A stretch of 64,000 nucleotides of DNA from Patescibacteria group bacterium (GTDB taxonomy: Bacteria; Patescibacteriota; Gracilibacteria; UBA1369; LOWO2-01-FULL-3). The translations under genes were made by a program, and so were the position numbers. How positions within the stretch are numbered: position 1 is the stretch's first letter; each line of letters begins with the position of its first letter. Positions 9,623 to 18,818 of this stretch are shown here, piece after piece. The notes under the pieces were generated by a model. It saw only the letters and a program-made list of their open reading frames with translations. It did no database searches and was not told the DNA's origin. The stretch is taken from positions 25,748 to 89,747 of the forward strand of contig JBBTQK010000001.1 in assembly GCA_038065735.1 (NCBI GenBank), in the 5' to 3' direction.

Positions 9623-10975
9623 ATGAAAGCGACTTCCATCGAAATTATCGAGATTCTCAAAAAAGCTGGGCATGAGGCTTATTGGGCGGGTGGTTGCGTG
9701 CGCGATATGTTGATTGGTGTTGAGCCTAAGGATTTTGACATTGTGACTTCTGCCAAACCTGAAGAAATAGAAAATTTACTCGAGCATACTATTCCGATTG
9801 GCAAACAGTTTGGTGTAATTTTAGCGATTAAAAATAATCATCATTTTGAAATTGCCACTTTCCGCTCAGATGGGGGATACAGTGATGGCCGTCGTCCGGA
9901 TGCAGTAGAATTTAAAACTGCTAAAGAAGACGCTCTCCGTCGAGATTTTACGATCAACGGCATGTTTTACGATCCAACCAAAGACGAAATTATTGATTAT
10001 ATTAAAGGCCAGGAAGACCTCCGCGATAAGCTAATTCGCTTTATTGGCGATCCCGAAAAACGCATTTTAGAAGATCATTTGAGAATTTTACGTGCGGTAC
10101 GTTTTAAGAATACTTTGGGCATGCAATATCATCCTGAAACTTATCAGGCAATCAAAAAACATGCGCATTTAGTGAAGAATATTTCCTCCGAACGAGTTGC
10201 TGACGAACTCAATAAAATGATTATGAGTAGCCATCCAGCTCAGGCTTTTGAAGATCTTTTTGAAATCGGCGCGCTTGAAATTCTCATACCAGAACTTTGC
10301 AAATTAAAAGGTCTTGCCCAGCCACTTATGTATCACAAAGAAGGGGATGTTTGGGACCATGCCTTAGCCGCTTTGAGTGCTTTGACTGATGAAGAAATCG
10401 ATCCAAATCCATTGCCGGCTGAACCGCCAACTTTGGCTTTAAAATGGGCAACTTTGATGCACGACATCGGTAAATATGACACCTTTATGCAGGATGAAGA
10501 AAGAATTCGTTATGATAAACATGCAGAGGTTGGTGCAGACATCGCTAGTAAAATTTTAAATCGCCTCAAATTCCCAAAAAAGACAGTTGATCGTGTGCAT
10601 TGGCTTATCGAACATCACATGATGGTTGTGCCACTTATGGAAATGAATGCTGGCCGTCGTCGACACTGGTTTTTGCAACCAGGTTTTGAAGAATTGTTAG
10701 AAGTTTACCGCGCCGATGCCGCCGGTACTCAACCAATTGGTTTGGAGGAATATGACAAAATCAAAAAACTATATAGAAGTGAAATCGCCAAGTTGAAATT
10801 GATGCCAAAACAGCTACTTAGTGGCAAAGAAATTATGGAAATTTTGAACATCAAAGAAGGCCAGAAAGTAGGCGAAATCCTTGCTCAAATCAAAGAAAAA
10901 CAGCTCGATGGAGAATTGAAAACTAAAAAAGCCGCTATTGCCTTTGTGCAAAATATTCCCAATTTAACAGATTAG
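9623..10975 (+). CDS. cca: CCA-adding tRNA nucleotidyltransferase (class II) with HD region
   Basis: GGCVRD, DFDI, RRDFTING, EDHLRILR and HDIGK motifs. Confidence 0.92.
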   Translation: MKATSIEIIEILKKAGHEAYWAGGCVRDMLIGVEPKDFDIVTSAKPEEIENLLEHTIPIGKQFGVILAIKNNHHFEIATFRSDGGYSDGRRPDAVEFKTAKEDALRRDFTINGMFYDPTKDEIIDYIKGQEDLRDKLIRFIGDPEKRILEDHLRILRAVRFKNTLGMQYHPETYQAIKKHAHLVKNISSERVADELNKMIMSSHPAQAFEDLFEIGALEILIPELCKLKGLAQPLMYHKEGDVWDHALAALSALTDEEIDPNPLPAEPPTLALKWATLMHDIGKYDTFMQDEERIRYDKHAEVGADIASKILNRLKFPKKTVDRVHWLIEHHMMVVPLMEMNAGRRRHWFLQPGFEELLEVYRADAAGTQPIGLEEYDKIKKLYRSEIAKLKLMPKQLLSGKEIMEILNIKEGQKVGEILAQIKEKQLDGELKTKKAAIAFVQNIPNLTD

Positions 10976-11060
10976 AATCTTGGGGCGCCCCAGAATTTAC
11001 AGATTACAAACTTGGGACGTCCCAAGTTTTACAGATTAGGACTCTTGGATATCCCATCGG
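10967..11060. repeat. Three tandem 32-bp imperfect repeats with palindromic cores
   Basis: ACAGATTA at 10967, 10999 and 11031; cores TGGGGCGCCCCA (10981-10992), AAACTTGGGACGTCCCAAGTTT (11008-11029) and a degenerate third copy. Confidence 0.85.
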
Positions 11061-11068
11061 TTAAAGAC

Positions 11069-12466
11069 TTACCCCCTCTCCAGCAAGCAAACGCACTCAA
11101 TATGATAAGTCTGTGGAAACATATCCACGGCCTTAATTCTCTTTAGCTTATAGCCAAATTCCCCCAACCAAGCACAATCTCTCGCTAGAGTTGCTGGATT
11201 ACAGGAAACATAAATAATCTGCTCCGCGCCAAATTCATTCATTTTTGCAATCATACCCTCAGTTAAACCAGCTCTTGGCGGATCCACCACTATTAAAGAC
11301 GGAAATTCTTTTAAAGTATTCAGCACCTTCCCAACATCCCCACAATAAAAATCCGTATTAAATATTTTATTCGCACGAGCATTTTCCTCAGCCGCTTTAA
11401 TTGCTTCTGGATTTAATTCAATCCCCATCACACGCTCCACGTGTTTGGCCAAAAATAGCCCAATTGTTCCCGTCCCACAAAATAAATCCAATGCCAGCTT
11501 ATGCTGCTTAGCCAAGCCAAATTCCACCACTTGACTATACAGGATTTCCGCCTGTTTTGTGTTCACCTGAAAAAACGCCTGCGGCAAAATTTCAAACACC
11601 AACTCATCACCGTTCGCCAAAATCATTTTTTCCGTCAAAGTCTTTTTACCATGCATCAAAGTCTCCACAATCCTATTTGGCGAACCTCTTTTACTAATCT
11701 GCTGTGACCAATAAAAAGAAGTAATCTTCTTTTCTCCATCCGGATCCTCAATCTTCAACAATTCCTCAACTAAAACTTTCAAAACAACTTTAAAATCCTC
11801 CGGCACGTGATTATTTGTCACCAAATTTATCATCATTTCTCCAGTCCTTTTGCCTTCACGAATATATAACGAACGCAGAAATCCCTCGAGAGTCGTAACC
11901 CTAAACGGCTTCCAGCCATGTTCTAAAACAAATTCCCTAACCTTATTTAAAATCAAAACTGAAAAACGAGACTCCAAAAAACATTCCTCCACATCCATAA
12001 TATCATATCGTCTTTCTGGCATGTGCAAGCCCAAAGTCTGCTGCATATTGGCATCATGACCAAAACTAAACTCCATTTTGTTTCTGTAAAAATAGCTGTC
12101 CTCGCATCCAATAATTTCCTCAACCGGCGGATTATAAATTTTCCCAATTCTCTCAAAAGAATCAATTACATGCTGCTTTTTGAAGGCCAACTGCTGCTCA
12201 TAAGGCATAAACTGAAACTGACAGCCTCCACACACGCCAAAATGCTTACAAACTGGCTTTAAGCGATCTTTAGCCGGCTCTACAACTTCCACCAACTGAG
12301 CTTCCGCAAAATTACTTTTAATCTTCGTCAAAGCCGCCTTTACCTTGTCTCCAGGCATAGTTCCAGCCACAAACACGCTTAATCCCTCAAATTTCCCCAA
12401 ACCAGCCCCACCAAACGCGATGGTATAAATCTCCAACTCAATAATCTGGCCTTTTTTAAGCTGCAT
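11069..12466 (-). CDS. rlmD: 23S rRNA m5U1939 methyltransferase RlmD
   Basis: TRAM domain, C…CGGC iron-sulfur motif, AFFQVN, DLFCGTG, DPPRAG, YVSCNP and DMFPQT. Confidence 0.95.
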   Translation of the reverse strand: MQLKKGQIIELEIYTIAFGGAGLGKFEGLSVFVAGTMPGDKVKAALTKIKSNFAEAQLVEVVEPAKDRLKPVCKHFGVCGGCQFQFMPYEQQLAFKKQHVIDSFERIGKIYNPPVEEIIGCEDSYFYRNKMEFSFGHDANMQQTLGLHMPERRYDIMDVEECFLESRFSVLILNKVREFVLEHGWKPFRVTTLEGFLRSLYIREGKRTGEMMINLVTNNHVPEDFKVVLKVLVEELLKIEDPDGEKKITSFYWSQQISKRGSPNRIVETLMHGKKTLTEKMILANGDELVFEILPQAFFQVNTKQAEILYSQVVEFGLAKQHKLALDLFCGTGTIGLFLAKHVERVMGIELNPEAIKAAEENARANKIFNTDFYCGDVGKVLNTLKEFPSLIVVDPPRAGLTEGMIAKMNEFGAEQIIYVSCNPATLARDCAWLGEFGYKLKRIKAVDMFPQTYHIECVCLLERG

Positions 12467-12509
12467 AGCGCAGATTTTAGCAGAAAACTAAGAATTGACT
12501 ATCTTTTCT

Positions 12510-13361
12510 CTATTCCTTAATCTGTTCTACTCTTTTTCTATATGCATCTAAATCGATTACGTCAGCATTTTTAGTCGGCAATTTTCTCAAACCAAATTTG
12601 CCGGATTTTTCTTCATCGGCTACATAACTCAACTCCGGGAAAGCCGTTTGAAATAGGGTAAACGCTTCATCTTTTTTTTCTTCTGTCTCCAACTTATTCA
12701 AATGATTCACTTCAAACTCTTTATATAAAGTGTGAAAATCATGTTTGTAATATAAATCATAAATTCTTAGAATACCTTTTTGCAAATCGCCATTTTTATC
12801 AAAGACCTCGGCAAATTCCTTAAAACTCTCCATGGCTTTCTCATAACCATGTTCAATGTCTTCATCTCCTTCTCCCTTAAACCAAAGTTCCACATAGCTC
12901 TCAGTTAATTGCTCATTCATTATATTTTTCTTGTCATGGGCAAATTCATGTGCCATCACGTGCGCCAAACGTCTCATTGGGTGCATCATCATCACTGGAT
13001 CAATATAAATTCCATCTTCTTTGGCTTCTCCCACCTGATTTCCAGGCAATTTTTCAAAGTGAATTTCCTCAAGTTTAATATCATGTCTACTACCAAAATA
13101 GCCTTCAACAACTTTCAAAGCCCCTTCTAGATTTTCATAAGCTTTCACTGGGTCTTCGACTTTTACTCCGGCAATTTCAACTTGGTCAATATTGTCATTA
13201 GCCTCACGAGCTTCTTCCACCTGACCAAGAATATCAAAAACTTCTACAGCGGTAGGTTTTTTGCTCCCACCAAATTTTCTGTTTACCACCTCATCTCCTG
13301 ACTCTGCTCCTAATTCTGCACCTGATTTTACTCCTCTTGGAGGTTGACCCTGATATAGCAT
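12510..13361 (-). CDS. Putative zincin-like metallopeptidase
   Basis: HEFAH (HExxH) with a downstream Glu; likely start is the ATG at 13361. Confidence 0.6.
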   Translation of the reverse strand: MLYQGQPPRGVKSGAELGAESGDEVVNRKFGGSKKPTAVEVFDILGQVEEAREANDNIDQVEIAGVKVEDPVKAYENLEGALKVVEGYFGSRHDIKLEEIHFEKLPGNQVGEAKEDGIYIDPVMMMHPMRRLAHVMAHEFAHDKKNIMNEQLTESYVELWFKGEGDEDIEHGYEKAMESFKEFAEVFDKNGDLQKGILRIYDLYYKHDFHTLYKEFEVNHLNKLETEEKKDEAFTLFQTAFPELSYVADEEKSGKFGLRKLPTKNADVIDLDAYRKRVEQIKE

Positions 13362-13419
13362 AAAAATTCTATTTAAATTTAATAGAATATTATAGCACAA
13401 ACAGGGCTTAAAATAAAGC

Positions 13420-14763
13420 TTAAGCCGTAAATAGAATGTTGTAAATCAACCACACGTTCAAAGCCGCGATAAATAATCCAACGAGCATCGCCAATAATTT
13501 GATAAACCAGCCATTCGCAAACATTCCCATTTTCTTTTTATCACTGGTAAACATAATGAGTGGAAAAACCGCAAATGGTAGCTGAATACTCAAGACTACC
13601 TGGCTTAAAATCAACAGTTTAGCGAGTCCAGATCCTCCATATAAAGTTACCACAAAAATTGCTGGAATAATGGCCAAAACACGAGTGATCATACGTCTCA
13701 ACCAAGGCTTAATTCTCAAGTTTAAAAATCCTTCCATTACTATCTGACCAGCTAAAGTCGCTGTAATTGTAGAATTCTGACCTGATGCCAGCAAAGCCAC
13801 CGCAAAAATAGTACTTGCAAAACCCGCCCCCAAAAGTGGAGTTAATAGATTATAAGCCTGATCAATTTCTGCTACATCGCCAATTCCTCTTGTGTAAAAA
13901 GTTGCTGCCGCAACAACCAAAATCGCTGCATTCACAAAGAAAGCAATAATCAAAGCCACGGTAGAATCTATCGTTGAGAATTTAACTGCCTCTCTCTTGC
14001 CCTCTTCTGTTTCTGAATAATTACGAGTTTGTACTATTGCAGAATGTAGATATAGGTTGTGAGGCATGACTGTTGCACCCAAAATACCAACCGCTATATA
14101 CATAATTTCCTTATTGGTAAACAATTCCTTCACCGGGATAAAACCCTTAAGCATTGGGAATAATTCAGGTTTTGAGAATATAATTTCCAAACCAAAACAA
14201 ACCACCACCGTTCCAACTAGCGTAATAACTAAAGCTTCCAGATATCTAAACCCTTTTTGTTGAAGCATGAGCAAAACAAGCACATCCAGCGCCGTAATGA
14301 CCACACCTACAACTAGCGGCAATCCAAATAACAGATTCAAAGCTATCGCGGAACCAATTACTTCCGCCAAATCACAAGCCGTAATCATAATTTCAGCCAT
14401 TATCCACAAAACAAAATTCATCCATTTTGGGAAGGTATCTCTACACGACTGAGCTAAATCCCTACCTGAAACTATTCCCAATTTTGCTGATAAATGCTGA
14501 AGTAGAATCGCAAATAAATTAGATAGCAGAATTACAAATAGTAAAGTGTAGCCAAATTTTGACCCACCAGCTAAATCCGTAGCCCAATTACCTGGATCCA
14601 TATATCCAACCGCAACCATATAACCCGGGCCGGAAAAAGCCAAAAGCTTCCTCCAAAAAGACATACTCTTTGGCACCGGAATAGATTTATGTACTTCTTC
14701 TAAACTTTTATGGGGACTTTCTCCCCTCCAGCCAAATGACTCTAATAAATTTTTGTGGGTCAT
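13420..14763 (-). CDS. mntH: Nramp-family Mn2+/Fe2+ transporter MntH
   Basis: DPGNW and MPHNLYLHS motifs; about 11 TM helices. Confidence 0.96.
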   Translation of the reverse strand: MTHKNLLESFGWRGESPHKSLEEVHKSIPVPKSMSFWRKLLAFSGPGYMVAVGYMDPGNWATDLAGGSKFGYTLLFVILLSNLFAILLQHLSAKLGIVSGRDLAQSCRDTFPKWMNFVLWIMAEIMITACDLAEVIGSAIALNLLFGLPLVVGVVITALDVLVLLMLQQKGFRYLEALVITLVGTVVVCFGLEIIFSKPELFPMLKGFIPVKELFTNKEIMYIAVGILGATVMPHNLYLHSAIVQTRNYSETEEGKREAVKFSTIDSTVALIIAFFVNAAILVVAAATFYTRGIGDVAEIDQAYNLLTPLLGAGFASTIFAVALLASGQNSTITATLAGQIVMEGFLNLRIKPWLRRMITRVLAIIPAIFVVTLYGGSGLAKLLILSQVVLSIQLPFAVFPLIMFTSDKKKMGMFANGWFIKLLAMLVGLFIAALNVWLIYNILFTA

Positions 14764-14765
14764 AA

Positions 14766-16916
14766 TTAAGACTTACCTGTTCCCTCAAATTTCTCTCTAA
14801 AAAACCATTTAATCACATTCCAATTGTTGTCTCGAGGTAACAAAGTATAGGCATGATTCTCATTTTCACATCCAGGTGCTGGCTTTTTTGCAGCCTTTGC
14901 TTCTTCAACTAATTTTTGGCAGTTTTCAGTCGTAATATATGGCGGAACATAAAGCACATTTCCAGATGACATTACATCGTTCGACTTAATATCGTAATTT
15001 TGATAACGGAAATAATAAAGAATAGCCTCATCCAAACTGATATCAGTTTCGGTCTGATTTAAAACCGTTTTTGCCATTTCATAAATTGTATCTGCATCAC
15101 CAAATCCAAAATTTCTCGCCTTAGTCTGCAAAGCTTCGATAATCATCTGCTGTCTCTCCGCACGTGCAAAATCAGATGAAGTATGTCGCGTACGCGCCAA
15201 TCTCAAGGCTTCTTTACCACCTAAATGATAATCTCCAGGTTCATAATGCAAAGTCCCTTGTTTACCATTATCAATTGTCACATAAGTTGGATCCACCACA
15301 GCTTTATCCAAATGCACATCCACACCTCCCAACAAATCAATTACATCAATAAAGGCATACATATCAATCAAAATATATTTATCCAATTCATAACCGGTTA
15401 AATCACTCAAAACTTTTTTTAGCTCAGGCATGCCATAAAAATGAGCATAGGCATTTATTTTTCTACCATTGTAATGCAAATCTCTTGGCACACTTATCAT
15501 TTTGATATCTCCACGATCCTCATCAATATGTGCAAAAATCATGGTGTCAATTAAACTGCCGTGCTTACCAGCAATCAAGATATTAAAATCATTATCCCCA
15601 TTTACAACTTCATCCCCATATTCGGGGATGTCGTCAGGTATCTCTAGAGTTTTTTTTTTGGCCTCCGGTTCAAAGAAGAGGAGGTTTTGTGCATTTGTGC
15701 CGTCTGGATTTACTATATTTATGACTCCGGTGGTTTTTTCTATGACTATAGAATTTAGCGCTTGGCCATCCTTATTTAAGAGATCAAAGTAATATCTGTC
15801 TTCATCTTCTCTATATTTCTCAGCCACTTTTAAGCCATTTTCAGATAAGAGAAGTTTAAATCCATCATCTTTAATAGTTCTTTGCATATCAGCCAAAGCC
15901 TGGTCAACTTTCTTTTCAATAAAAGTTTTAGTATTTAATTTTTGTAAGAATGGAACAAGCCCTTTACCAATATCATTTGTCTTTACTGCAACTTTATCAT
16001 TGCTCTTATCAACCAAATTTATCTCCAAAGTTTTGCTATCCAAAACAATTTCACCTACTAATTCATCAGTTTTATTCATCACAGAATAGCTGATTTTCCC
16101 ATCTTTCTGGACGAATTCAGTCTTTAAGTTAATACCCAATTTTATAACACTTTCATCAATTATTGCGGCATTTATAGCATCTCCAATCTGTTTTTGTTTA
16201 GAATTAATTGCTCTGGCAGACTTTAATAGAGAATCTTTATTATTACTCAAAAAACTCTGAGCCTCGGCAACGAACTTTTCACTTGTTTCAGACTTAATTT
16301 CAATGTCTTTATCCATAGTTTTTTGCCACAATTTTCCATCTTCTTTTGCAATATAATATGTCACCAAAGTTTCCTTACCTGGTCCAAGAATTTTGACCAA
16401 AATAGAGCTGTCGTCTTCAAATTGATCTGACAAACTCAATCCAACCTGTCCCAAATAAGCTGCGAAATTTTCTCCTTTAAGAGCTGTAATATAATTTATA
16501 TTTTTAGCTAAAGTGTCTTCTGTAACTTTGTTTGAAGCCAAATAATCAACATAACTAAAGAGAGCTAACTGTAATTCATCTTTATTTTTATCCGCATTTT
16601 CTGCTTCTCCATCATCCTCCTCTATCTGGCCAAAATTAGCATAATCAGATTTTGGCATTCTCAAAAAATCTCTAACTTCACCCAAATCCTTACTTACTAA
16701 TGTGTAAGATTCTTTTATCTGTCCAATCTCTGTAATCAACGAACTATCCTTACTACTTAAAAAACTAAATGTCCCAAAAGCGCTTTCTATACGTAAATAC
16801 TGCACAATCAAAAGTAGTGACAAACCACCAATAACCAAGTTGCGCTTAGTCATATATTTTTTAAATCGGCTCTGTTTTGGAACCTCGGCCTCTGTCTTAT
16901 TTTTATCTTTTGACAT
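14766..16916 (-). CDS. LCP (LytR-CpsA-Psr) family protein with large N-terminal extracellular region
   Basis: DTMIF…SVPRD…KIN, LARTRH.SSDFARAERQQ motifs; N-terminal TM helix. Confidence 0.9.
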   Translation of the reverse strand: MSKDKNKTEAEVPKQSRFKKYMTKRNLVIGGLSLLLIVQYLRIESAFGTFSFLSSKDSSLITEIGQIKESYTLVSKDLGEVRDFLRMPKSDYANFGQIEEDDGEAENADKNKDELQLALFSYVDYLASNKVTEDTLAKNINYITALKGENFAAYLGQVGLSLSDQFEDDSSILVKILGPGKETLVTYYIAKEDGKLWQKTMDKDIEIKSETSEKFVAEAQSFLSNNKDSLLKSARAINSKQKQIGDAINAAIIDESVIKLGINLKTEFVQKDGKISYSVMNKTDELVGEIVLDSKTLEINLVDKSNDKVAVKTNDIGKGLVPFLQKLNTKTFIEKKVDQALADMQRTIKDDGFKLLLSENGLKVAEKYREDEDRYYFDLLNKDGQALNSIVIEKTTGVINIVNPDGTNAQNLLFFEPEAKKKTLEIPDDIPEYGDEVVNGDNDFNILIAGKHGSLIDTMIFAHIDEDRGDIKMISVPRDLHYNGRKINAYAHFYGMPELKKVLSDLTGYELDKYILIDMYAFIDVIDLLGGVDVHLDKAVVDPTYVTIDNGKQGTLHYEPGDYHLGGKEALRLARTRHTSSDFARAERQQMIIEALQTKARNFGFGDADTIYEMAKTVLNQTETDISLDEAILYYFRYQNYDIKSNDVMSSGNVLYVPPYITTENCQKLVEEAKAAKKPAPGCENENHAYTLLPRDNNWNVIKWFFREKFEGTGKS

Positions 16917-17048
16917 TTTATTTTCTAAGGAATGTTTGAGGGTAGAACTGCAGAATTCTAGTGAAACTACCCAAATAAATCAAATCATATTTCTGACTAT
17001 TGCATTTTTTGTCATCATCAGCTAAATTTTCCTAGCTAATTTGAATGA

Positions 17049-17124
17049 GCGGGTGTCGTATAATGGCTCATTACTATAGCCTTCCAAGCTGTAGACACGG
17101 GTTCGATTCCCGTCACCCGCTCCA
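17049..17124 (+). tRNA. tRNA-Gly (anticodon TCC)
   Basis: Acceptor GCGGGTG/CACCCGC, anticodon loop CT-TCC-AA, T arm ACGGG-TTCGATT-CCCGT, U73 and encoded CCA. Confidence 0.97.
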
Positions 17125-17841
17125 AACATCTCTGAAGTTTGAAAACGCCATGCTTACAACATCGGTTGTTTCTGGTACGTCATCCAATTTAGCCCGACCA
17201 TGGAGAAGTCCAGAGTCCTCTCCTATATAAGCATTGCTAAAAACGACGAAATCGCCAGCCCTAAGCTTAAAACGGAGAATACGATCACCAATAAACTTTA
17301 CGAAATCATTCATTAAATCATGAGGACCATTAGTAGAATTAAGGAATAAATCCACCATAGTTTCAAGATCAAAAACCGTGTTTCGTGATTTTGCTATATC
17401 CATCCACGGGGATAAATATTGGGCTAGATTATCTCTCTTAGAGAAGAATTCTAGTAATGCAGGACGAAGTACTGCTCTATCACCAAAACAGGTCTCGGCA
17501 GATATTCTTGGTCCACCCACTGTTTCAAGAGTTGTATATTTTTGCTCGGTTACCTGATAATCCGAATGGAAGAAAAACGGTTGATTGGCATCCACTCCAT
17601 GGATTTTTCTCTTTTCAAGTCCTGCGGTGACCAATCCCATATTCCTAAATATCAAAAGTCCGGTCTTATCCACTATTCTTTCAAGTTCAACGGCGGCACC
17701 TAGATCTCTATCTATTATAGTTCTGACATGATCTCTGGGCGTTGTGTCTATTGGTTCTATAGCCAGGCCAAGTGATGGGTATCTCTGGCTATGATCATTT
17801 TTCAAAACTTCAGTTTTGTATCCTTCAAAAATATCGGTCAC
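17113..17841 (-). CDS. TauD/TfdA-like Fe(II)/2-oxoglutarate dioxygenase
   Basis: HSD (HxD), T.F.D, GDFVVFSN and LLHGR motifs; GTG start. Confidence 0.7.
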   Translation of the reverse strand: MTDIFEGYKTEVLKNDHSQRYPSLGLAIEPIDTTPRDHVRTIIDRDLGAAVELERIVDKTGLLIFRNMGLVTAGLEKRKIHGVDANQPFFFHSDYQVTEQKYTTLETVGGPRISAETCFGDRAVLRPALLEFFSKRDNLAQYLSPWMDIAKSRNTVFDLETMVDLFLNSTNGPHDLMNDFVKFIGDRILRFKLRAGDFVVFSNAYIGEDSGLLHGRAKLDDVPETTDVVSMAFSNFRDVWSG

Positions 17842-18028
17842 AATCTTGTATTAAGCTCTAAAGAGCGGAATTCTATCAAATTAACCTCACAAAGCAAACA
17901 TATTAGCAGGCACAAATCCTGAATTTATACCCCACAACCAAACTTCTGCCGTCGTCACGGTAGCAAAAAGAGTTAAGTAAACCACGTCATTCATTGTAAA
18001 TTTGGCTTCTTTGAGGTATAATTAACAG

Positions 18029-18817
18029 ATGGCAGAAACAAAAGAAATAACAAAAAGTGAGATTTTAGCTGATATCGAAATTGATGGGAAACCAGCTCAT
18101 ATTTTGAGAATTGCACCCGATGATTTTTCTGATCAGGACCTTGTTGAACACGCCAGAAATCTTGCCGAGACCAATGCTACTCCAAGAACAGATATTCCAG
18201 ACTCAGCCCAAAAACAAAAGGCACGTGAAACGATATTTAGGATAAGAGAAGCAATGCTAAAAATACCTCTCTTAAAAAAGTTAGCTGCTACCGATGCAAC
18301 TTTAGATGCATTTTACCCTGATACAAGCGCAGAAGAACATTTTAAGTGGTACAGTAAAAGGGGCTCAGTTGAAAAAGGTGACCAAGGTAGTTTTACTCGT
18401 AGAATGTCTCAAGGTCGAGTTTTTGGTATAGAAATGGATGGTAGAATCGCTGCTGTAATGGCGTACGACGACGTAGGAAAAACACAAGATGGTAGACCAG
18501 TGCTGGAATTTTCTAAAGGATCAACTTTGGATCAATACAAAGGCAAAAAACTCAATCCAAACTTAATGAAATTTATGGCTGAATATCTGCAAAATAACGG
18601 TGAAAAACCAATTTGGTACGGCTCTTCAGTAAATCCAAAACTTTTAGGTAATATGCAAACAAGAGGTTGGCATATTACTGAGATGAATGCTGCAGACGAA
18701 CCTGTCCAACTTGCTTACCAAAGAATGCCAGAATATATTGATCAAACAATGATTCCTCAAGGTTATAAAGCCTTTTACGTAGATCCAAAAGTCGATAACA
18801 TTGATTGGGGAGTTTAA
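18029..18817 (+). CDS. Putative GNAT-fold acetyltransferase
   Basis: STLDQYKGKKLN resembles GNAT motif A, preceded by beta strands. Confidence 0.55.
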   Translation: MAETKEITKSEILADIEIDGKPAHILRIAPDDFSDQDLVEHARNLAETNATPRTDIPDSAQKQKARETIFRIREAMLKIPLLKKLAATDATLDAFYPDTSAEEHFKWYSKRGSVEKGDQGSFTRRMSQGRVFGIEMDGRIAAVMAYDDVGKTQDGRPVLEFSKGSTLDQYKGKKLNPNLMKFMAEYLQNNGEKPIWYGSSVNPKLLGNMQTRGWHITEMNAADEPVQLAYQRMPEYIDQTMIPQGYKAFYVDPKVDNIDWGV

Positions 18818-18818
18818 A

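Noticed and set aside
10967-11060. CRISPR array
   Set aside because: Units are contiguous 32-mers with no unique spacers, only three degenerate copies, and no cas genes in the window.
17045-17230. 61-aa ORF on the plus strand
   Set aside because: Overlaps the tRNA-Gly gene entirely.
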